A DNA stretch of 64,000 nucleotides from positions 82,161 to 146,160 of the forward strand of contig CAZMCQ010000002.1 of the NCBI GenBank assembly GCA_964565195.1, written 5' to 3'. Under the pieces are notes generated by a model. It saw only the letters and a list, made by a program, of their open reading frames with translations. It searched no databases and was not told the DNA's origin. This stretch comes from an uncultured Candidatus Saccharibacteria bacterium. GTDB taxonomy: Bacteria > Patescibacteriota > Doudnabacteria > UBA920 > 2-01-FULL-46-14. A program made the position numbers and the translations under genes. This document shows, in pieces, positions 58,034 through 64,000 of this stretch (the stretch's first letter is position 1; each line of letters opens with the position of its first letter).

Positions 58034-58067
58034 GTGCCCGGGCTTATAGCAGGGCACTTTTTTATTT
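58034..58067 (+). terminator. Intrinsic terminator
   Basis: GTGCCC...GGGCAC followed by TTTTTTATTT. Confidence 0.65.
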
Positions 58068-58094
58068 GCCTTGAGGGGGTTATAATAAAGCCAT

Positions 58095-58307
58095 ATGGCA
58101 GGGGAAAGCGATAAAATTTACGGGGCGCCGGAGCTCGCGAAATTCTTCGGTGTGACAGTGAAAACCATCTGGGAGTGGTGTAAAAAAGGCCGTCTTCCTG
58201 CCTTTAAAATTGGCAAGGAGTGGAAAGTAAGAGTAAGCGATTTGAATAAGACGATTAGTCAAAAGGTTAATGTTAATCGTGATGAACCAGGGAGTAGACT
58301 GTTCTAA
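58095..58307 (+). CDS. Small excisionase/BldC-like (HTH_17) DNA-binding protein
   Basis: ELAKFFGVTVKTIWEWCKKGRLPAFKIGKEWKV; TATAAT 8 nt upstream. Confidence 0.88.
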   Translation: MAGESDKIYGAPELAKFFGVTVKTIWEWCKKGRLPAFKIGKEWKVRVSDLNKTISQKVNVNRDEPGSRLF

Positions 58308-58311
58308 ATTT

Positions 58312-59292
58312 ATGATCCATCTTCTTTACGGTCCTGACACTTATACTATGTCGCAAGACCTGGCCGCGTTCCGCGCGGATTTTAAAACACACGCGCCGCA
58401 AGGGGCGGTGGAGGATTTAAATGCCGCGGCCGAAAATTTTACGACTCGCTTGCGCGAAGCTTTGGAAAGTCAGGGATTGTTCGCCCGCGAAAAACTGATT
58501 ATCATTCGCGATTTCGTTTCCGAAGCTGCCAGGCTTGTCGAGGAAGAAAAATTTCTGTCCCGCGCCATGGAGGCATTGCCGGAGAATTATGGACTCGTAT
58601 TCGTTGAAGCGGGGGAGGTGGATGAGCGGCGGGTGTTTTTTAAAAAATTAAAAAAGATCGCCAAGGTTAAGAGTTATCCGCTTCTGGAGGGGAAGGATTT
58701 GGAAGTTTGGATCGGAGCATATTTGCACAAGCAGGGATTTAGGATTGAAAAGGCCGCTTCGATTAGATTTTTTGAACTTCTGGGTGGTAGCGCGGATCTT
58801 TGGCAGGTGACTTCGGAATTGGAGAAGCTGATGCTTTATCGGGAGGGAGGCAGGGTGGGGGGGGCAATTAGGCTTTCTGATGTTACAGCGTTGGTCCCGC
58901 CAAATGTCAGCCAAACCGTCTTCGACCTCACTAACCTCTTTGCGGAAAAGCGTCAGCCGGAAGCCCTGCGCGTTTTGGAAAATCTGCTCCGCGACGGCCC
59001 GGCGTATGAAGTTAAAAATCAAGCGATCCAGATCATTGGCGCGCTGGCTGGCCAGATCCGCTCTCTGCTCCTGCTTAAAGGGTTTGCGAATAAGGACAAC
59101 GATGCCGTTGCGGCAGAGCTTGGCTGGAAATCAGGCCGTGTCTGGATCAACCGCAAACTTGCTGCCAGGTTTTCGGAGACACGCCTTTCGCAGATGTTGC
59201 GCGATCTGCGCGCGATTGATCTGCGGCTCAAAACCAGCGAAGAACCGCCGAAGCTTTTACTCGCGTTGTTCCTGCAAAAAGCCGCGCATTAG
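58312..59292 (+). CDS. holA: DNA polymerase III delta subunit
   Basis: MIHLLYGPD, GLF..KLIII, ELEKL, VFDL, D..LKT. Confidence 0.85.
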   Translation: MIHLLYGPDTYTMSQDLAAFRADFKTHAPQGAVEDLNAAAENFTTRLREALESQGLFAREKLIIIRDFVSEAARLVEEEKFLSRAMEALPENYGLVFVEAGEVDERRVFFKKLKKIAKVKSYPLLEGKDLEVWIGAYLHKQGFRIEKAASIRFFELLGGSADLWQVTSELEKLMLYREGGRVGGAIRLSDVTALVPPNVSQTVFDLTNLFAEKRQPEALRVLENLLRDGPAYEVKNQAIQIIGALAGQIRSLLLLKGFANKDNDAVAAELGWKSGRVWINRKLAARFSETRLSQMLRDLRAIDLRLKTSEEPPKLLLALFLQKAAH

Positions 59293-59368
59293 ACAAACAC
59301 GCGTTTTTTTGCTATAATGATATTGAATGTGAAGTTATGGGCCATCAAATATTTTGATATTTGATGGC
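59290..59368 (+). promoter_or_regulatory. Promoter followed by a perfect 12-bp inverted repeat (candidate operator or leader hairpin)
   Basis: TAGACA-17 nt-(TGc)TATAAT; GCCATCAAATAT-TTTG-ATATTTGATGGC at 59341-59368. Confidence 0.65.
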
Positions 59369-59396
59369 TAGAAACCAAAATAAAAATCAATAAAAA

Positions 59397-60662
59397 ATGG
59401 ATATTGCTTCAGAGCAGCTGATGCCGCTGGCGCAGGCCGCGCGGTATGCGGGCGTAACCGCGGAACATTTGAATTTGCTCGCGCGCCGCGGCAAACTTCT
59501 GGCCAGAAAGATCGGCCGGAACTGGTTTACCACGCGTCAGTGGCTGGACGCGTATTTTCGCAATGAAACAACTGGCACGGCCGAACAGAATCCCGATATT
59601 CAGCTTGAGCTTCGTCGTATCGAAAAGGAGGAAAAACTGGAGCTGGCCAAAATTCAGGCGCAGCTTGAGTTTCGCCGCATTGAGGTGCAGGAAAAGCTGG
59701 AGCGCATGCGCGCGCCTGCTGCTCCTTCCGCGCCGCTGCCGATCAATATTGAGATTCGTTCGCGCGAGCGCGAAGCCGATCCGGTGATGACCCGGGCCGC
59801 CGGCTTTGCCGCCGAGCTTTTCAAAGAAGAGCTTGACAAAATCGCGCGGCAGGCCGAGGCGCAGATCGCCGAGCTGCAGAACGAGAAGCAGCTCATGGCC
59901 GAGTTTTTTACGCGCGAGCTGGATGAAATCCGGACGCATCTCGTGGCCGAACAGGAGCAGAAGCAGATGCTCATCAGCGAGTTGCAGGCCGCGGCGCAGA
60001 GCGCGCAACGAAACCGCGTCGTCACGGAACTGGAGACGCTCAAGGAAAGTTTTGCGAAGAATTTGACTTTACTCGCAGCGAATTTTGAAGAAGCGCCAGT
60101 TGCAGTTCTGCCGGAGCTTGTCAGCATTGAGCCAGATCAATCCGAGTGGCAACATGAACCCCTTCACCGGGAGGGCGTTTATTATCTGGCCAAAAATATG
60201 CCGCTGGCGCGCCGCAGAATGGCGAAAAAAATTGGCGCGTCGGCTTTCGCGGCGGGTATTCTCGGCTTTATGGGAATGTGGGCGGCGCCGCATCTCTCTT
60301 CATTGGGAACTGAACAGTTGTTCGCGGCCGAGGTCGGCGAGCGGATGGGGGCGGCGATGATCATCAGCACTCGCGATCTTTACGAAAAATTTGCGCCAAG
60401 CTTTGCCTATCACTTTACGGACTTTTCATTCGCGGCCGAGCCGTTTCGTGAATTTTACGAACCGGCCGTGGAACGGGGACTGGCGCTCTACGAAAAAACC
60501 GTGAGCACGCCGGTTGATCTGTCGCCATTTACGGATGAGTTTCGAGAAGTTTTAGCTTCATTTACGCAAACCACAGACCGCCTTGGCGAGGTAGCCGGCG
60601 CCACGACATTCCGGCCGATTCCCTGGCAGGGCGGGGCGAGCACCGCGGCCCCGCCAGAGTAG
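59397..60662 (+). CDS. HTH_17-like N-terminus, coiled coil and single TM; unknown function
   Basis: LAQAARYAGVTAEHLNLLARRGKLLARKIGRNWFTT; E/Q/K-rich helices; hydrophobic segment near residues 280-300. Confidence 0.75.
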   Translation: MDIASEQLMPLAQAARYAGVTAEHLNLLARRGKLLARKIGRNWFTTRQWLDAYFRNETTGTAEQNPDIQLELRRIEKEEKLELAKIQAQLEFRRIEVQEKLERMRAPAAPSAPLPINIEIRSREREADPVMTRAAGFAAELFKEELDKIARQAEAQIAELQNEKQLMAEFFTRELDEIRTHLVAEQEQKQMLISELQAAAQSAQRNRVVTELETLKESFAKNLTLLAANFEEAPVAVLPELVSIEPDQSEWQHEPLHREGVYYLAKNMPLARRRMAKKIGASAFAAGILGFMGMWAAPHLSSLGTEQLFAAEVGERMGAAMIISTRDLYEKFAPSFAYHFTDFSFAAEPFREFYEPAVERGLALYEKTVSTPVDLSPFTDEFREVLASFTQTTDRLGEVAGATTFRPIPWQGGASTAAPPE

Positions 60663-60676
60663 GGTATAATCAGTTT

Positions 60677-61315
60677 ATGCGTTATTGGGATATCTCAATG
60701 TCGCTTGAGAGCGGCATGGTGACTTGGGCGGGACAAGAAAAGTTTAAGCGCAAAGAAATAGTGGCCGGCGAGGCAATCGTCTCGCTACTTTCTATGACCA
60801 CGCATACCGGCACGCACGTGGACGCGCCGAAGCATTTTCTCGGCAGAAAAGCCGGCAGCGTGGATAAATTGGACTTAAGCAAGTTGATCGGGCCGTGTGA
60901 GGTGATTGAATTACCCCCCCACCTTTCCTCCCCCTCGAGGGGGGAGGGATGGGAGGGGATATTCCGTCGACTGAACAAAGGGGATAGGGTTCTTTTCAAG
61001 ACTTCAAATTCCCGCCGCCGCCTTTTGGAAAAGAAAAACTTCGTGACTGATTATGTTTCGCTAAATCTTGAACAGGCGAAATTATTGGCTGCAAAAAAGA
61101 TCGCGCTTGTTGGCGTGGACTACCTTGGCGTGGAAGCAAAAGGCAGCCAGGGGCGGGGGCACCCGGTGCACAAAACCCTGCTCAAAGCCGGTATCGTCGT
61201 GGTGGAGGGATTAAATCTCTCAAAAATAAAGCCAGGTCATTACAACCTGGCTGTGTTGCCTTTGAAAATTGTGAATGGCGACGGCGCCCCGGCGCGGGCT
61301 ATTCTTTATAAGTAA
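60677..61315 (+). CDS. Cyclase-family metal hydrolase (kynurenine formamidase-like) with in-frame palindromic insert
   Basis: HTGTHVDAPKH, GVDYL, H..LL, EGL, DGAPAR. Confidence 0.92.
   Translation: MRYWDISMSLESGMVTWAGQEKFKRKEIVAGEAIVSLLSMTTHTGTHVDAPKHFLGRKAGSVDKLDLSKLIGPCEVIELPPHLSSPSRGEGWEGIFRRLNKGDRVLFKTSNSRRRLLEKKNFVTDYVSLNLEQAKLLAAKKIALVGVDYLGVEAKGSQGRGHPVHKTLLKAGIVVVEGLNLSKIKPGHYNLAVLPLKIVNGDGAPARAILYK
60914..60958. repeat. Family A palindromic element, in frame (PPHLSSPSRGEGWEG); exact inverted copy of 7851-7895
   Basis: 45/45 identity to the reverse complement of 7851-7895. Confidence 0.95.
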
Positions 61316-62330
61316 CGTCGTGACCACCAAATTGCTTCCTTAATAATGCTACGATCTTGTTGGAAAATTTTTCCTGGTTTTTGGGGTCGGCCGATTCCTG
61401 ACGGACCTTAAACGAATCTTCTATGACTCGGGCGTCTATCCCGAGTTTTTTTGCTTCTTTGATAGTCCACTCGCCCTCGCCTGTTGAATGGATTTCGCCG
61501 ATGACTTTGTTCAAATTTTCCGTATCCAAAGCGTTCTTGGCGAGATCAATAAGCCATGATGAGACGACTGATCCTTTGCGCCAGATTTGAGCAATTTGCG
61601 AGAGATGAAGCTGGAAGGGTGAGGCCTTGAGCACTGCGAATCCCTCGGCAATGGCTTCCATCATTCCGTACTCAATGCCGTTGTGCACCATTTTTACGAA
61701 ATGCCCGGCGCCAGAAGGGCCGACGAGGCCATAATGCGACCCCTCCCGGCCTTCGGCCACCCTCCCCTCGCCAGGAGAGGGAGTAGCGGAAGGGGCAGCC
61801 AATGCTTTGAACACTGGTTCAACCCGGGGCCAGACTTTTTTGGGACCGCCGACCATGAGCGAGAAGCCGTTTTTCTCACCATGCACGCCCCCAGAAGTTC
61901 CGGCGTCAAAAAAGTGAATACCTTTTTCGGCGAGCTTTTTCGCGCGCTCCTGTGAGTCGCGGTAAAAAGAATTGCCGCCGTCAATAATGATGTCTCCAGC
62001 CGATAATTTTTTGGAGACAGTCCTAATGAACTCATCTACGAGTTCACCAGAGGGCAGCATCAGCCAGATGATCTTGGGGAGAGGGAGGGCTGCGATTAAA
62101 CTTTCAACAGTTTCGTAAGTCGCACTCGCGCCCCCTCTTCTTTTATTCCTCTCCACCGAGTTCGGGGGAGAGGAGGGAGGTGAGGGGGGTGTCTCCGCAG
62201 TGAAAAACTTTTGCAATTCTTCTCGCGGTTCGGCAGAACGATTCCAGGCAAGTACCCGAAATCCTTTCGAATGCAGGCGCCGCGCGATCTGCGACCCCAT
62301 CCGGCCCAGACCAATTATTCCTATGGTCAT
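61299..62330 (-). CDS. gnd: 6-phosphogluconate dehydrogenase, decarboxylating (short form), with two in-frame inserts
   Basis: GLGRMG, WLMLP, IDGGNS, GTSGG, GHFVKMVHNGIEYG, LRKQFGGH. Confidence 0.95.
   Translation of the reverse strand: MTIGIIGLGRMGSQIARRLHSKGFRVLAWNRSAEPREELQKFFTAETPPSPPSSPPNSVERNKRRGGASATYETVESLIAALPLPKIIWLMLPSGELVDEFIRTVSKKLSAGDIIIDGGNSFYRDSQERAKKLAEKGIHFFDAGTSGGVHGEKNGFSLMVGGPKKVWPRVEPVFKALAAPSATPSPGEGRVAEGREGSHYGLVGPSGAGHFVKMVHNGIEYGMMEAIAEGFAVLKASPFQLHLSQIAQIWRKGSVVSSWLIDLAKNALDTENLNKVIGEIHSTGEGEWTIKEAKKLGIDARVIEDSFKVRQESADPKNQEKFSNKIVALLRKQFGGHDVTYKE
61741..61795. repeat. Family A-related palindrome, in frame in gnd (PSATPSPGEGRVAEGREG)
   Basis: CCCTCCCGGCC-TTC-GGCCACCCTCCCCT-CGCC-AGGAGAGGG. 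Confidence 0.85.
62131..62190. repeat. Family A palindrome, in frame in gnd (TPPSPPSSPPNSVERNKRRG)
   Basis: CCCCCTC...TCCTCTCCACCGA-GT-TCGGGGGAGAGGA...GAGGGGG; 60 nt. Confidence 0.88.
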
Positions 62331-63802
62331 ATGTGCCAACTCCTTTCGTCTTTTTCAATTAATTTTTGCGCGCTGTCCGGACCCATGCCGCCCGCGTCGT
62401 AGTTGGGAAACTTTGGGCGGTTGCGCGATAGATAAGCCATCAAAACGTCGATATATTTCCAGGCAGATTCGATCTCTTCGGTCGAGGCAAACAGCCGCTG
62501 GTCGCCCTGCATGAAATCGAGGAGCAGCCGCTCGTGCGCGTCAGGGATTTCCGTGCCAAATGCCACCCGGTAGCCGAGTTCCATTTTGACCGGATGCAGG
62601 CGAATGCCAAAGCCCGGATATTTGGCCAGGATCTCAAAAAACACGCCTTCATTGGGCTGGATTTGAAAGGTCAAAACGTTTGGCATTAATTTTTCCTTGA
62701 ACAAAGAGCGCGCCAAGGGCTTGAAATGAATTGAGATTTCCGTGCATTTTTTCGCCAGTTTTTTGCCGGTGCGCAGATAAAACGGCACGCCGCGCCAGCG
62801 TTCGGCATGAACGTATAGTTTTACGGCGGCAAAGGTTTCCGTTTGGGAACGGGGCGAGACATTTGCTTCTTGGCGGTAGCCGCGGTACTGGCCGACCGCT
62901 AAAGAATTTTTGAGGCTCTGCATTTTTGGCGGTTTGATCGCAGCGACCACCGCGGCCCGCGCACTTCTGATGGAGTAAGTTGAGAGATCACTCGGCCGTT
63001 CCATAGCCACGAGCGAGAGCAGCTGAAGGAGATGATTTTGGATGAAGTCGCGCAGCGCGCCGGTTTGTTCATAGAAACTGCCGCGGCTGCCCACGCCGTT
63101 TTCTTCCAGCGCGGCAATCTGGATGTGGTCAATGAATTTGTGATTCCAGATCGGTTCGAAGACGCTGTTCGCAAAGCGGGTGGCGAGTATATTCTGGACA
63201 GTTTCTTTGCCGAGATAGTGGTCAATGCGGTAGATTTGGTCTTCGGCGAAGTAGCGCGCAAGCATGGCATCGAGTTTGCGCGCCGAGCTCGCATCGGCCC
63301 CGAACGGCTTTTCCACGATCACGCGCGTGGTGCGTTCAATCGTCCCGGTTTTGTTTGTGCAGGCTATGAGCAGGCCGGAGCGGGAGAGCTCGCCCGAGAT
63401 TGTTTCATAGTGGCGTGGCAGGGTTGCGAAATAAAACAGCCGCTGCGGGCAGAGATTTTGCGCGACCACTTTTTTTTCGAGGCCATGCAGAAGTGTGGCA
63501 AGTTTTTTGAAATCCGCCCCGGCCATAAAATTGCCGCGATGATAGTGAAGTTTTTCGGCAAAACTCTGCCAGATTTTTTCCGAGAAAGGTGGCCGTGCGT
63601 TTTTTTTGACGCCGGCCTTCACCATCGCCTGAAAAGCGGCGGCAGTAAACTGTTTGCGGCCAAAACCCACGGCCGCAAAATTTTCCGGCAGGATGCCGTG
63701 TCTTTCGAGATGATAAAGCGCCGGGAAAAGGCGCTCCAGGGCCAGATCGCCGGTTGCGCCAAAGATGACGAGCGTGGTCGGGCCGATATCCTGCGTTTCC
63801 AT
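62327..63802 (-). CDS. zwf: Glucose-6-phosphate 1-dehydrogenase
   Basis: FGATGDLA, EKPFG, RIDHYLGKE, QNHLLQ, RWRGVPFYLRTGK; start at METQD preceded by TGtTATAAT. Confidence 0.96.
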   Translation of the reverse strand: METQDIGPTTLVIFGATGDLALERLFPALYHLERHGILPENFAAVGFGRKQFTAAAFQAMVKAGVKKNARPPFSEKIWQSFAEKLHYHRGNFMAGADFKKLATLLHGLEKKVVAQNLCPQRLFYFATLPRHYETISGELSRSGLLIACTNKTGTIERTTRVIVEKPFGADASSARKLDAMLARYFAEDQIYRIDHYLGKETVQNILATRFANSVFEPIWNHKFIDHIQIAALEENGVGSRGSFYEQTGALRDFIQNHLLQLLSLVAMERPSDLSTYSIRSARAAVVAAIKPPKMQSLKNSLAVGQYRGYRQEANVSPRSQTETFAAVKLYVHAERWRGVPFYLRTGKKLAKKCTEISIHFKPLARSLFKEKLMPNVLTFQIQPNEGVFFEILAKYPGFGIRLHPVKMELGYRVAFGTEIPDAHERLLLDFMQGDQRLFASTEEIESAWKYIDVLMAYLSRNRPKFPNYDAGGMGPDSAQKLIEKDERSWHI

Positions 63803-63844
63803 GGGTTTATTATAACATGATTTTTGGTTATAATAAGCGCACGC

Positions 63845-63919
63845 GGCCCCGTAGTTCAATGGATAGAATAGGGGACTTCTAATCCCTAGATGCAGGTTCG
63901 ATTCCTGCCGGGGTCACCA
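63845..63919 (+). tRNA. tRNA-Arg(TCT)
   Basis: GGCCCCG/CGGGGTC, anticodon loop CT TCT AA, GCAGG-TTCGATT-CCTGC, CCA. Confidence 0.95.
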
Positions 63920-63923
63920 AAGT

Positions 63924-64000
63924 ATGTTGAAAAAACTCTTGGCAGTTTTTATTCTGGCATTCGTCCTCAACTGGATCTGGGAGATTTTGCACAGCCCGCT
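63924..64000 (+). CDS. Probable membrane protein, 3'-partial
   Basis: MLKKLLAVFILAFVLNWIWEILHSP... open to the window end. Confidence 0.5.
   Translation, partial: MLKKLLAVFILAFVLNWIWEILHSP

Noticed and set aside
57207-58049. ORF-track ORFs across the tRNA region
   Set aside because: They overlap tRNAs and palindromes; better explained by the tRNAs and two small SD-led ORFs.
58841-58864. G-rich run in holA (REGGRVGG) as another family A copy or G-quadruplex
   Set aside because: It resembles a right arm but has no complementary left arm; it cannot be supported without orthologue alignment.

Overview
Gene-dense window that looks like a Patescibacteria/CPR-type chromosome. This is inferred from the type IV pilus set without a pilQ secretin in the window, few Shine-Dalgarno sites, many overlapping ATGA junctions and the repeat families present. 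Bases 1-49,200 form a very large surface-glycan locus: GT4/GT2/GT-C transferases, a GDP-heptose pathway, two nonulosonic-acid synthase/cytidylyltransferase modules, gmd with a His-type (ColD-like) PLP enzyme, a carbamoyltransferase, methyltransferases, an ABC flippase, an initiating phosphoglycosyl transferase and an O-antigen-ligase/TPR protein. This runs directly into a type IV pilus cluster (pilB, pilC, minor pilins, pilMNO), followed by tRNAs, holA, a cyclase, gnd and zwf. The most unusual signals are not in the gene list. (1) At least three families of short palindromic or heptamer elements sit in frame inside proteins, including an identical 45-bp copy in two unrelated genes 53 kb apart and repeated hits to the same two GT4 loops. 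(2) An intact tRNA-Lys(CTT) is enclosed in an 18-bp inverted repeat that itself splits a second, 3'-truncated tRNA-Lys(CTT); a two-microprotein operon with its own promoter and terminator follows it. (3) Two divergent genes have abutting start codons (CATATG) and mirror-image leaderless -10 boxes. No CRISPR array, rRNA, transposase or integrase was seen. All calls are from motif reading by eye; no searches were run.
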